Shown piece after piece: positions 43,511-54,680 of a DNA stretch of 64,000 bases (positions within the stretch are counted from its first letter, which is position 1; each line of letters starts with the position of its first letter). The notes beneath the pieces were generated by a model. The model searched no databases. It saw only the letters and a program-made list of their open reading frames with translations, and was not told the origin of the DNA. Source of the DNA: Bacillus subtilis subsp. subtilis str. 168 (lineage in GTDB: Bacteria > Bacillota > Bacilli > Bacillales > Bacillaceae); the NCBI RefSeq assembly GCF_000009045.1, contig NC_000964.3, positions 1,860,001-1,924,000 on the forward strand. The letters run 5' to 3'. The translations under genes and the position numbers were made by a program.

Positions 43511-44263
43511 TTATTTATTAACAGAGATCGTAACGTTATTTCCTGCAACTGAAACCTTTGCGAAATCCTGTGTATCTACCACAGGAGTGACGGCTTTATT
43601 GTCGATAGTGATGTTGTTAAAAGAGGTCGAAAAGGTTGCTTTGATCGCATCACGCTGGCTTTCATACGAAACAGCCGCGGTAGCAAGTGTTTTCCATTTT
43701 GAAATCGTGCCGATGTTGGTTCCTTGAATTTCTGTGATAATCCGTCCGGTGTAGCCGTCATTGTTCGTTCCCCAAAGGGTCATGCGCGTATTGCCGCTTA
43801 AATTTTTATAGATTGTCATTTGGACTGTGCTTCCAGGGCGGAAGCCTTTATTGTATGTGAATTTGTCTTTTCCTTCGATGTACGTTTCTTCATTTTTGGA
43901 CCCAACCTTCATGAGGGGCTTCCAGACGTTGTATTGTTTGCTGTACTGAAGCCCGATATCGGCTTCAGTTCCGCTTGTTGCCCTAAAGCCAGAATAAATA
44001 TAGGGAGTAGAGACCGAGTCGTTGTTTTTGACAGTTTCAGGAAGCACGATTTTAGCTGTAAAAACGGCGCCCGTACTGTTCAGGTAGACACGGCCGCCGA
44101 TTCCGTTAGGCAGCTCGGATGCTGCTTTTGCGACTTGAGCGTCTGCCGCGGGTAAACCTGGTATACCTGATGAAAGGGTTCCGAAAAGAACTGCTGTTCC
44201 TACTGCACCTGCAATCAATACTTTTTTCACCAAAATTCCCCCTTTTGATAGTGGTTTCGCCAT
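43511..44263 (-). CDS. yncM: Secreted YrpD/YncM-family protein
   Basis: Signal peptide; [15 protein letters not shown]; true start may be GTG 44230 after AAGGGGG. Confidence 0.8.
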
Positions 44264-44392
44264 TTATTATACCTTATTTTGGAACTGGATTTACGTATAT
44301 AAATCGACAAAATATTTCATTTTGAATGATGTAAGGTCGAAACGCTTCGCCAATCTGAAAGCTATATACCTTTATCAGAGGAAAGAATGAGA

Positions 44393-44749
44393 TCACATTC
44401 GTTTTAACCGATTTGAAATTTTCCTCAAAATAAAAGTACAAATGCTTAAAGAAACGATTATTAAAAGAATGCCCGCTATCGTTTCCAAGCCTGTAAAAAA
44501 GAGGTGACGTTTCATCAATGTCTGTCCTTGTAAAATGATAAAAGCACAGATACCGACTAAGAAAAGAAAACAAATACTTAGGATTGCTAACGCTTTACGT
44601 GAGTATGTTTTCATTTCATCTTTAAAATACAGCAATACGAAAATAAAGCAGATAACATTGGCTATTGTTCTAATCACCTCAAAGCTTTTCATGACAACTG
44701 ATATAAATAGACAAAGTAAAATGAGATAAAATACGATGTTTCTATACAA
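44393..44749 (-). CDS. Four-TM membrane protein
   Basis: TTG start after AAGGAGAGG; highly hydrophobic. Confidence 0.65.
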   Translation of the reverse strand: MYRNIVFYLILLCLFISVVMKSFEVIRTIANVICFIFVLLYFKDEMKTYSRKALAILSICFLFLVGICAFIILQGQTLMKRHLFFTGLETIAGILLIIVSLSICTFILRKISNRLKRM

Positions 44750-44832
44750 AAAACCTCTCCTTTTATGTAGGATCCTCAAAGAGTTTATAAAAGTTTCTTT
44801 GTAACTGCAATAAATTGAATGCGCTCACTTAT

Positions 44833-44861
44833 GAACTAACTAAACTATGTACTAAATATTC
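44833..44861 (+). other. RTP-binding replication terminator (Ter) site
   Basis: GAACTAACTAAACTATGTACTAAATATTC, exact match to the recalled consensus. Confidence 0.88.
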
Positions 44862-44994
44862 ACTATTCTTTTTCAGATTCAGTCACCAAGGTTTTCATAG
44901 AAAGGGAAGCTTCAGAAATATACATATAGTGCACAAACAAAAAAGACCCGGCAATAGCCGGGGGAAAGTAAAAACGAGGAGATGTTAATGGCGT

Positions 44995-45195
44995 TTAGTA
45001 GTGTTTTTTATGCTTTTTATACTCTACAACATAATCATAGTCTTTTTTATCGTGATCATAATATTTTTTATCATAGTCATCATATTTTTTGTCGTAATCA
45101 CAGTCATAATCTTTTTTATCATATTCGTAATACTTCTTATAATACGTTTTTTTGACCGTATAATACTCTTCTTTGTATTTTTTGTAATAACCCAT
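44995..45195 (-). CDS. cotC: Outer spore coat protein CotC (66 aa)
   Basis: ATG 45195 after AAGGAGG; MGYYKKYKEEYY... Confidence 0.95.
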   Translation of the reverse strand: MGYYKKYKEEYYTVKKTYYKKYYEYDKKDYDCDYDKKYDDYDKKYYDHDKKDYDYVVEYKKHKKHY

Positions 45196-45369
45196 ATATA
45201 CTCCTCCTTTATTTTTACTACGCTTTATTATACGGCGAGTAGATTTTGCGGCTTGGACAGTTAAAATCATAGAAGGAAAAAAGGGCTGTCCAAATGATAG
45301 AAAAAGACAGATGACACAAAAACAAATCAAAATAAAGAGCCGATTTTTCATCGGCCCAAACGATTTATC

Positions 45370-45558
45370 CTACATTTGTTTGTCTTCTTTGTTTTCTGAG
45401 TCATTTTTTCTGATATCCTGAGTCAGTCCGCTTGTTGCTTGTTTAAATTCTGATAAGGCTTTTCCTGCTGCACGGCCAAGCGCCGGCAGTTTATCAGGCC
45501 CAAATACTAAAAAACCCACAAACAAAATAACGAGTATTTTTGTGAAGCTTAATTCCAT
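45370..45558 (-). CDS. tatAC: Twin-arginine translocase TatA-family subunit
   Basis: LVFGPDKLP..G..AGKA..EFK. Confidence 0.92.
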   Translation of the reverse strand: MELSFTKILVILFVGFLVFGPDKLPALGRAAGKALSEFKQATSGLTQDIRKNDSENKEDKQM

Positions 45559-45808
45559 ATCCTTTTCCCCCTGATTGAAGTACAACCTTTTAAACAAATT
45601 ATAAGAGATAGCAGTACAAATGGGAATGCATTTATTTTGAACATTTTAAAACCAGCACAAAGACGGATTCATAAAACGGCTGCTGCTGAATATAATGTCC
45701 AATGCCACCTGCCTAAGAAGCAGGAGGCAGGCTGGATCAATTATGTAGCTCTGCCGGAAATGATACAAACGTAGCGGCTATCATTGACATAGAGGAGTGG
45801 TGTAGCTG

Positions 45809-46207
45809 ATGAGATTCACTAAGGTAGTTGGATTTTTGTCTGTTTTAGGGTTGGCTGCGGTTTTTCCATTAACGGCACAAGCAGAAAAAGCCGGAACTGC
45901 GGGGGCTGGAGAGTGGGATAAGTTGGGGACTTACACATATACTTACTCAAGTCCGACGGTATACTCGACCGGAGGAGATTTTAGAGTGTGCCTTTCAGGA
46001 AGCACTCCTTTTTCTGTTTCACTGCACTTATATGAGGATGATCCCGGTGACAATCCTGATGATTATGTAGGGGCAAACTATTTTTCACCCGGAGAATGCC
46101 ACACCTTTGGCAGTATTGGAAAATTTGTAGATGGGAGCAATAACAAGGCCGAGTTCTTTGTTACCGATTACTCTGGTAAATCTAAAACTGTTACGTTTTA
46201 TGATTGA
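45809..46207 (+). CDS. yndA: Secreted hypothetical protein
   Basis: Sec signal peptide with AQA cleavage site. Confidence 0.8.
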   Translation: MRFTKVVGFLSVLGLAAVFPLTAQAEKAGTAGAGEWDKLGTYTYTYSSPTVYSTGGDFRVCLSGSTPFSVSLHLYEDDPGDNPDDYVGANYFSPGECHTFGSIGKFVDGSNNKAEFFVTDYSGKSKTVTFYD

Positions 46208-46271
46208 TGGACTCAAATTGTGAAGTATAACCCTTGGAAAAAAACAAAAAAGAGAGATACCTCTCTCTTTT

Positions 46272-46706
46272 TTATTCTTCGACAGCCTTACGAAGCCGTT
46301 CATTTACAATGCCAGTCCAGCCGCCATCCATCTTACCGCGAACGACGGAGCTTTTCTCGTTTGCTTTGCCGATCACTTCATTCGGCTCTTTCCAGCCGCT
46401 GTGAATAAGGGTAAACCCTGTCTTTTCCCCCAAGTCTTCTAATTGAAAGGTAACGACCCATCCTTCTGTATCCCATTCAAAAGAAAGTTCAGTTGGAGCT
46501 TGAACAGCCAAAACTTTACAAGGGGACGGCCCAAACGGCGATTGTAAGTGAAATTCTTGTCCTTCTTTGAGCTGAAAGTCATTGGGCATAAACCACTTGG
46601 CAATGCCTTCTGAAGTAGAGACTGTCTCCCAGACTTTCTGAATGGGAGCCTCCAGAGTAATGCTTTTTGTAATATCCGGTAATGCATTTTCGTTGTTTTG
46701 AGCCAT
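46272..46706 (-). CDS. yndB: AHSA1/START-domain lipid/aromatic-binding protein
   Basis: [17 protein letters not shown] motif. Confidence 0.88.
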
Positions 46707-46879
46707 TTCGTTTACCTCTTGACATATGATGTTTTTTCAATTCAATCATATAATAACTAATAAGATCATGTCCATAGCGTGCATTATTTATGCTAGAGCT
46801 GCTGTTGAACAGCGTGTCAGTCGCCAGTCTGATCTGTGAATGGGAGAATTCTGCATGCGCGAAAAAGAGAGAGAGGTGT

Positions 46880-46975
46880 ATGTTGTCATTTCGTTCATTC
46901 TTGTTTGCAGCCGCAACTGTTATGTTTGAACTGGGATTCCTGTTCAGCCAATTTATTTTGCGATTTTTGTTTTAA
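46880..46975 (+). CDS. Candidate 31-aa hydrophobic peptide
   Basis: Purine-rich GAGAGAGGTG before ATG 46880; MLSFRSFLFAAATVMFELGFLFSQFILRFLF*. Confidence 0.4.
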   Translation: MLSFRSFLFAAATVMFELGFLFSQFILRFLF

Positions 46976-47012
46976 TAGTAAATGAGCCATTTTCTAAAAC
47001 AGGAGGTTTTTT

Positions 47013-47201
47013 ATGCTTGGAAAAATCAAAGCAGCCATTGATAATAGTCCAGGGAAGCCGGCCAGAATTTTAGTTAGTGAAAAAGCGTTTCAGCAATTAG
47101 AGGAAGAAATGCGCTTTGTTTACGTTTCCAAACCGAAAACGATAATGGGGATTCCTGTGGAAGTTTCAGATCAGGCAGAAAGCTTCAAGCTGGAATTTTA
47201 G
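47013..47201 (+). CDS. ynzB: Small hypothetical protein
   Basis: AGGAGG RBS; 62 aa. Confidence 0.78.
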   Translation: MLGKIKAAIDNSPGKPARILVSEKAFQQLEEEMRFVYVSKPKTIMGIPVEVSDQAESFKLEF

Positions 47202-47373
47202 TTTTCCCAGACTGCTAAAAGGCTCATTTTGTGTTAATTATGCAAAATGGTCAGGTTGATTTCTTTAAAAGCATGATGAAATGTTCATCATGCTTTTTTA
47301 TTGAGAAAAAAGACGAACATAAAAAATAGGTATACGGGAAAAATAATCCTATTAGAGAGAGGGGAACTGACAG

Positions 47374-47484
47374 ATGGATAACATGATATCAACACTTACT
47401 GACTGGAATGTGTGGTTTCAAGCGTTAGTAGTATTTCTCGTTCCATATGTAATCTATAAAGTGTTTACTTGGATTCATGTATAA
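47374..47484 (+). CDS. 36-aa single-TM peptide immediately upstream of yndD
   Basis: GAGAGGGG RBS; MDNMISTLTDWNVWFQALVVFLVPYVIYKVFTWIHV*. Confidence 0.6.
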   Translation: MDNMISTLTDWNVWFQALVVFLVPYVIYKVFTWIHV

Positions 47485-47493
47485 GAAGGTGCA

Positions 47494-49056
47494 ATGATGA
47501 GGTGGCGGAACAATCAGTACAAAACACAGAAGCAGCATAAATCAGATTATTCGACAGCTGAAAAGCAGGATCAGGATGTGTTAACCGGTAACATCGGATA
47601 CGACTTAGAACATGTAAAAAGAAAAATAGGACATAACGGGGACGTTCATTTCCGTGAGCTTGAAATCACTCAATTACATGTGAAAGCGGCATTGATCTTT
47701 GTTGAAGGACTGTCTGATCAGGACTTGATTAATAAAGGACTATCAGTGTTAGTCATGAATCAACCTAATCAGGTAAGCGATGAAATTTCTCAATCCGGCA
47801 AAGGTATTTTAACTTCGAAACAGATAAAAAATCAAATCGTATCAATCGGTGATGTCATAGATTCAGAGAAAATCAGTGATATCGTGTTGAATGTTTTCAT
47901 GGGTTCGACAGCGCTTCTCATCGATGGAATACCGCAGGCCTTTCTTCTGGGAACTGTAAAAAAACAAAATCGAAGTATCGAGGAGCCGCTTTCAGAAGCG
48001 CTTGTCAGAGGGCCGCGCACAGGCTTTACAGAAGAGTTGAGTACGAATACAGCTCTTTTGAGACAGCAAGGAAAAAATGATCAATTAACATTGCAGAGAT
48101 TTGAAGTAGGAACACGATTAAAAAAGGATTTAATTATCGCTTATATGAATGACATTGCAGATCCAAAAGTAGTCGAGGAAGTAAGAAAAAGAGTGAGAGG
48201 GATTGAGATCGATCATTTGCCGGAGTCAGGCTACGTTGAACAGTTAATTGAGGATAATTATTTGAGCCCGTTCCCGCAAGTACAGAGTACAGAACGTCCT
48301 GATCGCGTCATAAGCGGATTAATGGAAGGAAGAGTAGCTATTCTGCTTGACGGCACTCCGTTTGCTTTGATTGTTCCAGTCACTTTCAGCATGATGCTTC
48401 AATCGCCTGAAGATTATTATGAACGGTGGTTCCCGAGCTCGCTCATCAGATTGCTGAGGTTCATCGCAGCAATGATAACGTTATTCGCACCCGCTTTATA
48501 TATATCATTTATTTCTTTTCATCCTGGGTTAATTCCGACCAAGCTGGCGATTTCAATTTCCGGGACGCGCCAAGGTGTTCCGTTCCCATCTCTGATTGAA
48601 GCCTTATTTATGGAAGTCGCGATTGAAATTTTAAGAGAGGCGGGGCTTCGTTTGCCAAAACCAATTGGACCCGCAATAGGCATAGTTGGCGGATTAATCA
48701 TCGGGGAAGCAGCTGTGCAGGCGGGGATTGTCAGTCCAATCATGGTCATTGTTGTTGCGCTCACAGCAATTTCTTCATTTGCCATCCCGCATTATAGCAC
48801 AGGTATAGCACTTCGGATGCTTCGGTTTGGCGCGATGTTTTGTGCGGCGGTGTTTGGATTGTTTGGAGTCATTATGTATTATCTGCTGCTAAGCAGCCAT
48901 GTCGTAAAGCTAAAGAGCTTTGGTGTGCCATACGCAAGTCCGGCAGTGCCCTATCACTTAAAAGATTGGAAAGACTTTGTTATCAGAATGCCTCTTTTAG
49001 TCATGAAGCGCCGGCCTAAAATGATGAATACAGATAATACAAAACGGGTGAAGTGA
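47494..49056 (+). CDS. yndD: GerA-family germinant receptor A subunit
   Basis: EEP.SE..VRGPR.GF, TERPD and EILREAG.RLP. Confidence 0.93.
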
Positions 49057-49085
49057 TGAACTCGACAGGATGGTGATAAAGTCTC

Positions 49086-50177
49086 ATGTTCAGCCCAACC
49101 AGTAAAATCACAACCGCTCAGGCAACGATTATCATCATTAATTATATGCTTGCTGCCGGAGTTCTTACGCTCCCTCGGACAGTAACAGAACAAACACAAT
49201 CTCCTGATGGATGGATTTCAGTTTTATTAGGCGGGGTCCTAGCGGTAATAGCCGGGATGATTATAGCTAAATTAAGCCAGCAGTATCCTAAGGAGACCTT
49301 TTATGAATACTCCCGACATATTGTAGGAAAATGGCTCGGGCATCTGATCAGTATTGTTTTTATTACTTATTTTCTGGCACTCGGTGCATTTGAAGTCAGA
49401 GTCATGTCCGAAATCGTGGATTTTTTTCTCCTCGAAGGGACACCTTCTTGGGCCATCATTATGACAGTTCTTTGGATTGGGCTTTATTCAATTACACAAG
49501 GCCTAGATCCGATTGCACGGCTTTTTGAAATGATTTTTCCGATTACGGTCATCATCTTTTTAACGATAGCCCTCATGAGTTTAGGCATATTTGAGATCAA
49601 CAATTTGCGCCCTGTATTAGGTGATGGAATCATGCCGGTTCTTAGAGGTGTAAAGACAACGAACCTTTCATTTACATGTTCAGAAATTATGTTCATTTTA
49701 GTAGCATTTATGAAAAAGCCGAAAAATGCGGTGAAAGCAGTTGTGATCGGGACAGGCGTTGTGACCAGTTTTTATATGATTACGATGATTATGGTCATCG
49801 GTGCACTATCAGTTGAGGGAGTTGTGACGAGAACATGGCCGGGGCTTGACCTGATGAGAAGTTTTGAAATACCTGGTTTAATATTTGAACGGTTTGAATC
49901 ATTTCTGCTTGTGATTTGGATTATGCAGCTTTTTGCCACGTTTATTATCACTTTTTATGCAGCTTCCCTGGGAGTCTCACAAGTTTTTAAAAAGAAACCC
50001 CTTTCATGTATGTTTGGGCTGCTTCCTGTTATATATATCCTCTCTTGCATGCCGAAAAATGAAAATGACGTCTTTATATTGGGCGATACGGTCAGTCATA
50101 TCGCTTTGTATATATTTGGCGCTTTGCCGATTTTGCTGTTAGTCATTTCGAAATGGAGGAAAAGAGGTGAAAAGTAA
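49086..50177 (+). CDS. yndE: Germinant receptor B subunit (APC fold)
   Basis: GVLTLPR and FERFES; 10 TM helices. Confidence 0.92.
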   Translation: MFSPTSKITTAQATIIIINYMLAAGVLTLPRTVTEQTQSPDGWISVLLGGVLAVIAGMIIAKLSQQYPKETFYEYSRHIVGKWLGHLISIVFITYFLALGAFEVRVMSEIVDFFLLEGTPSWAIIMTVLWIGLYSITQGLDPIARLFEMIFPITVIIFLTIALMSLGIFEINNLRPVLGDGIMPVLRGVKTTNLSFTCSEIMFILVAFMKKPKNAVKAVVIGTGVVTSFYMITMIMVIGALSVEGVVTRTWPGLDLMRSFEIPGLIFERFESFLLVIWIMQLFATFIITFYAASLGVSQVFKKKPLSCMFGLLPVIYILSCMPKNENDVFILGDTVSHIALYIFGALPILLLVISKWRKRGEK

Positions 50178-51381
50178 ACTAAAACGTCAATTGCCTGCTA
50201 TGGTCATAGTATGTCTGCTGATGATTTGCGTAACAGGATGCTGGAGCAGTCGGGAAATAGAAGATCTGGGTCTCACATTCGCTATCGCAATTGATAAAGG
50301 AAAAGAAACGAACACTGAAAAAGAGTTAAAAGAAGAGGGCGGGAGCTATCCGAAAAAAGACAACATTACGCTGACCTATCAATTTGTTAATGAAAAAGCG
50401 GCAGGCGCGGGCACAAGCGGGGGAGGCGGTAGCGGACAAGGAGCGCAAAAAGCGTACATTAATATAAGTGAAACAGGGGATTCATTACAGCAGATCGGAA
50501 GTGAGGTTGCATTAAGACGGGACCGAGAAGTGTTTAGCCCGCATTTAAAAGTTGTTGTCATGAGTGAAGATGTGCTGCACACATTTCCTATCGACGAAAT
50601 GCTGGATCAATTTTTTCGTGATAATGAAATCAGGCTGAGCTGTCTTGTTTTATCTGCTAAAGGGGAAGCAAGAGACGCTCTCCAGCTGAAAGAGAACGGA
50701 GAAATTCCGGCATTTCGGCTGATTGGATTAGGTGAAAATGAACATAAAGTTTCCAGAATTCTTCCCCCTATGACACTCGCGAAACTAATTGGAAAACTGC
50801 ATTCTGGCAGCAGCTTTTTACTGCAAAATGTGGTTGCGGCGAATGGAGCGGTCAAGTATTCCGGAGCAGCTGTAATCAACGGAAAATCGAAAAAAATGAT
50901 AGGCACCTTAAATGAATATGAAACTGAGGGGATTACATGGATTAGAGGAGAAGGGAAAGGCGGAGTTGTCAAAAGTCATGATAAAAAGAGCCAACAGACG
51001 TTAGCGTACGATATCAATAAAATCAAAAGCAGAATTCAGCCAATCGTAAAAGGGAAAGATATTTCATTCCATGTCGATATTGAATCAGAAGGCGATTTGG
51101 TTGAAAACTGGAACACAAAAGAGGCGTTGGACACCCAGTTTATAGATCGTCTCGAAACGACTATTGAAAACGAGGTAAAGAAAATAGTTGGTCAGGTATT
51201 AAAAAAAATTCAGCATGATTATAAAGCAGATGTTGCGGGTTTTGATGAATCTTTTAGACTTACATATCCTCACTTATGGAAAAGGGTGAAAAATAACTGG
51301 GATGACACCTTCAGTAAAGCCGACATCACATACAGTGTGAACGTCACAATTACTCATTTCGGCACGGTTAAAACTCAGTAA
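50167..51381 (+). CDS. yndF: Germinant receptor C subunit lipoprotein
   Basis: VTGCW lipobox; D.AGF near the C-terminus. Confidence 0.92.
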   Translation: MKSKLKRQLPAMVIVCLLMICVTGCWSSREIEDLGLTFAIAIDKGKETNTEKELKEEGGSYPKKDNITLTYQFVNEKAAGAGTSGGGGSGQGAQKAYINISETGDSLQQIGSEVALRRDREVFSPHLKVVVMSEDVLHTFPIDEMLDQFFRDNEIRLSCLVLSAKGEARDALQLKENGEIPAFRLIGLGENEHKVSRILPPMTLAKLIGKLHSGSSFLLQNVVAANGAVKYSGAAVINGKSKKMIGTLNEYETEGITWIRGEGKGGVVKSHDKKSQQTLAYDINKIKSRIQPIVKGKDISFHVDIESEGDLVENWNTKEALDTQFIDRLETTIENEVKKIVGQVLKKIQHDYKADVAGFDESFRLTYPHLWKRVKNNWDDTFSKADITYSVNVTITHFGTVKTQ

Positions 51382-51527
51382 TGAATCCCAAGGAAGAGAA
51401 GGAAACCTCTCTTCTCTTTTTTATGCATTTATTAGGATAAAGATACTTTTTTTGGAGAGATATACACTTTTCAAATCGACCAATATGCTAATATAGGAAT
51501 TGCTTGAAATAGAAGGGAGAAGGGGCT

Positions 51528-52334
51528 GTGAGGCAGAAACCGATTTATGTAGAAATCGAAATGAAATCTGATCTGGATACACTCTGGGAATATACACAAA
51601 ACCCATCACTGCATAAGGAATGGGATCTCCGGTTTTCAAATATTACGTATTTGAATAGTCAGCCATGCGAAAAACAGAAGTTTCTTTACGAAACAAGGGT
51701 AGGCTTTGGATTAAAGGTGTCAGGTACAGGAGAAACCGTCGGTGTTTTCAACAAATGTTCATCTGAAAGGTCTTCTTCACTGGCTTTTGGCTCTGATCAT
51801 CCATTATCTCTGATTCGGCATGGAAGCGGCTACTGGAAGTATATACAGAGAGAAAATGGGAAAATGACGTTTTTAACACAGTACCAATACAAAACAGCCT
51901 ACGGACTGCTGGGAAGATGGATTGATCGTTTATTATTTCGGCCGCTGCTTGGCTGGGCGACTGCCTGGAGCTTTGATGCATTAAGGCTTTGGGTAGAGCA
52001 AAATAAACATCCGAAGCGCTTCATTCGATCTGCTATCATCTATGTGTTCATGTGTCTGTTTTTCAGCCTGTTTTGGTTCTATCAAGGCTTTGCAGGTGTT
52101 AAGACAAGCATATTGACAGGAACAGCGGAGATAGGCTTAGCTATTTTGTGGCTGCTTCCTTTAAAAAGAAAATGGATCATTCATGGTGTCCAGGCTTGTA
52201 TTTTTGCTGGGTTTGCTTGTCTAGGTTCCGAAATATTCATGTGGGTTCTATTGAGTGTGTTTTCCGCTGCAAGCGGCGCTCTTAGCCTGCAGCTCCCCAG
52301 TGCCAGGCGCACAAAACGAAAGAGAAAGAAGTGA
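51528..52334 (+). CDS. yndG: SRPBCC-like domain fused to a membrane domain
   Basis: LWEYTQNP.LH.EWDLRF N-terminus; hydrophobic C-terminus. Confidence 0.8.
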   Translation: MRQKPIYVEIEMKSDLDTLWEYTQNPSLHKEWDLRFSNITYLNSQPCEKQKFLYETRVGFGLKVSGTGETVGVFNKCSSERSSSLAFGSDHPLSLIRHGSGYWKYIQRENGKMTFLTQYQYKTAYGLLGRWIDRLLFRPLLGWATAWSFDALRLWVEQNKHPKRFIRSAIIYVFMCLFFSLFWFYQGFAGVKTSILTGTAEIGLAILWLLPLKRKWIIHGVQACIFAGFACLGSEIFMWVLLSVFSAASGALSLQLPSARRTKRKRKK

Positions 52335-52338
52335 CATT

Positions 52339-52956
52339 GTGAGTTCGATTTATGAAAAATCAATTATTAACTATCATTTGCTGCATCCCAAGCTGCAGAA
52401 ACGGTACCAATTAGACGGGTCTCATACATTCAGCGGGACGGGAACGATGTCAGAAATAAGCGGAGGCTCTTTTCTGGTTAGAATGCTGTTAAAGCTGGGT
52501 GTTTTTTTCAGATGCTTCTTTTCAGAAAGAGGCAAAGACATTCCATTTACAATACAAAATAGAACTTGTCTTTTGAAATCGCAACATACAGGAATAGAAT
52601 GGAATCGTACATTTTTCTTTAAAGGCAAAAAACGTTTCTTTGATGCGTTAATGATATATGACGAGAAAGAAAATAGAATACTTGATTTCTTCGGCAAACC
52701 TCATCTGCTGCTGTCTGTTTTGACGTTCGAGGCATCTCTTGACGGCTCTCTTACGATCACATCGGGAAAGCAATGGCTATTGATATGCGGAAAAAGAATC
52801 CCGCTGCCGAAATGGCTGACCGGTACATCCGAAGTTTGCGAAACGTTTGATGAAAAAAAGAATTGTTTCACCATTGAAGTGCATGTGCAAAATACAATTC
52901 TTGGCACTCTTTTCTTTTATAAGGGAACGTTTCAGGAGGAAGAGAGAGAATCATGA
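52339..52956 (+). CDS. yndH: DUF4166-like protein
   Basis: LHPKLQKRY and GTLFFYKG; GTG start. Confidence 0.78.
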   Translation: MSSIYEKSIINYHLLHPKLQKRYQLDGSHTFSGTGTMSEISGGSFLVRMLLKLGVFFRCFFSERGKDIPFTIQNRTCLLKSQHTGIEWNRTFFFKGKKRFFDALMIYDEKENRILDFFGKPHLLLSVLTFEASLDGSLTITSGKQWLLICGKRIPLPKWLTGTSEVCETFDEKKNCFTIEVHVQNTILGTLFFYKGTFQEEERES

Positions 52957-54593
52957 AACGAAATGGCATAGTCAGTGCGCTTTGTTTTATTGGATTTCTT
53001 GCAGCAGAAGCACCGGATATTTCAGTGGCAGAGGCACTCGTTTTGTTATCCATTCTATTTTTCGTGCCGGGAATTTTTCCTTTTGTTTTTCGTCAATCTC
53101 CGGTTCGTGCTGCTCAGTTTATGGAAAACGGGCTAATCCAGTGCTATCCTGTAGCCGCATTCTTTGCGGTGCTGGCTCTAGTGACGGAGGTTGGGGGTTT
53201 CGCACTTATCTGGTGGATGTACACAGTTTTTAATGCATTGTATGCGATCCTCCGCCTTTGGGAAACAAAGATACATAGAATCGAAGAGACATCAGTTTTG
53301 TTCGGTCTTATTTATTTGGCGGGAGGAGGATTTTGGTTTTTTGCTTATGCTGCCCATTTGCAGATCATGCAATTTGGCCCTCTCATCATTTTGCTGACTG
53401 CTGTCCACTTTCACTATTCTGCTTTTCTGATCCCGATCTTCAACGGTTTACTCGGCAGAACCATTAGAAAACATCGGATGTTGTACAGTTGGATAACATG
53501 GGTGATTTTGCTTTCGCCCCTTCTTATCGCACTGGGCATCACATATTCAAAAACACTTGATGTCATTGCGGTTAGCATTTATATGGCGGCGATTTATCTT
53601 CATGCATTTTTGGTGTTCACGGCAGCTTTTCGCACCAAGACGGGGACATTTCTTATTCGGCTTTCTTCCGCTGTTTTAATGATAACGATTGCTTTCTCGA
53701 TGATTTATTCATTTGGTGTCTTTCGGCAAGAAGTTACATTGACCATCAATCAGATGATTTGGATTCACGGTTTTGTCAACGCGTTTGGTGTTATCTTGCC
53801 CGCTCTCATAGGGTGGAGAATAGAGGATGCGAAACCTTTTGATGCAGACAGTGTAAAGACATTCAGCCGTATCTACGGAAAAAGAAAGATTGGAGAAGAA
53901 TTTTTAGCTAACATTCAAGCTGAAAATAACGCTCGGTACAGCGGACTTGTGGATGATATGGGCAGCCTGCGTTCAAAAGATTTTTCACCAGAAAAACTGG
54001 CGCCGCTCATTCTTTCGTTTTATGAACAAACCATCGAATACAATATTAAAGCAAAAGTAACATGGAGCACGTGGTTTCGGCCGCTTGCAATTATTTACGA
54101 ATGGTTCAGCAGAAGAATCGGCCAAATACATCTTTCGACGAACCCTGACTGGTATAGGATGTACAGCAAGATAAAAGGTGTTCATTCGAAAAAAGACGGA
54201 AGGGAAAGAGTACGTGCCTGGATTAGAACAAATGAAAAAAACGAAACCATTTTTACCGCTCTTTATTCAGTGTATCGTTCAAATGGAGAGGGGTATATGA
54301 ATATTTCTTTACCGCTTCCATTCAGCAGCATGACAGGTATTTTAAAACCATATCATCATCAGGAGAAGCTGGTTTTAACAAGCAGGCGGAGAAAAAGCAG
54401 AGCGGGGGATGAGGGGATTTATCTGCAAACAAGAGCGGGAACTTGTCCGCTTCCTTTATCTGAAACCTTTCTGATAGAAGCTGTACATGACAACAAATTA
54501 ACCGCTGTTCATCATATGTGGCTGTTTGGAATAAAATTTCTAACTGTTCATTACAGCATTACACATATTAACCAGCCTATTGAAAGAACCTAA
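52953..54593 (+). CDS. yndJ: YndJ-family membrane protein with soluble C-terminal domain
   Basis: LTAVHFHYSAF and IHGFVNAFG; ATGA overlap with yndH. Confidence 0.82.
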   Translation: MKRNGIVSALCFIGFLAAEAPDISVAEALVLLSILFFVPGIFPFVFRQSPVRAAQFMENGLIQCYPVAAFFAVLALVTEVGGFALIWWMYTVFNALYAILRLWETKIHRIEETSVLFGLIYLAGGGFWFFAYAAHLQIMQFGPLIILLTAVHFHYSAFLIPIFNGLLGRTIRKHRMLYSWITWVILLSPLLIALGITYSKTLDVIAVSIYMAAIYLHAFLVFTAAFRTKTGTFLIRLSSAVLMITIAFSMIYSFGVFRQEVTLTINQMIWIHGFVNAFGVILPALIGWRIEDAKPFDADSVKTFSRIYGKRKIGEEFLANIQAENNARYSGLVDDMGSLRSKDFSPEKLAPLILSFYEQTIEYNIKAKVTWSTWFRPLAIIYEWFSRRIGQIHLSTNPDWYRMYSKIKGVHSKKDGRERVRAWIRTNEKNETIFTALYSVYRSNGEGYMNISLPLPFSSMTGILKPYHHQEKLVLTSRRRKSRAGDEGIYLQTRAGTCPLPLSETFLIEAVHDNKLTAVHHMWLFGIKFLTVHYSITHINQPIERT

Positions 54594-54680
54594 CACAAAG
54601 AAGAAGCTTCGTCTGCCAGTTGTAATGAGATGAACTGTTTTAAAATTCTGCACCGCATCAAGACAGGAAAGGAAGGGTTT

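Noticed and set aside
45196-45351. N-terminal extension of the cotC ORF (118 aa)
   Set aside because: The strong RBS is directly before ATG 45195 and the paralog cotU starts at the equivalent codon. Track extensions of ebrB, hflX, ymaB, nrdF and xynP were trimmed for the same reason.
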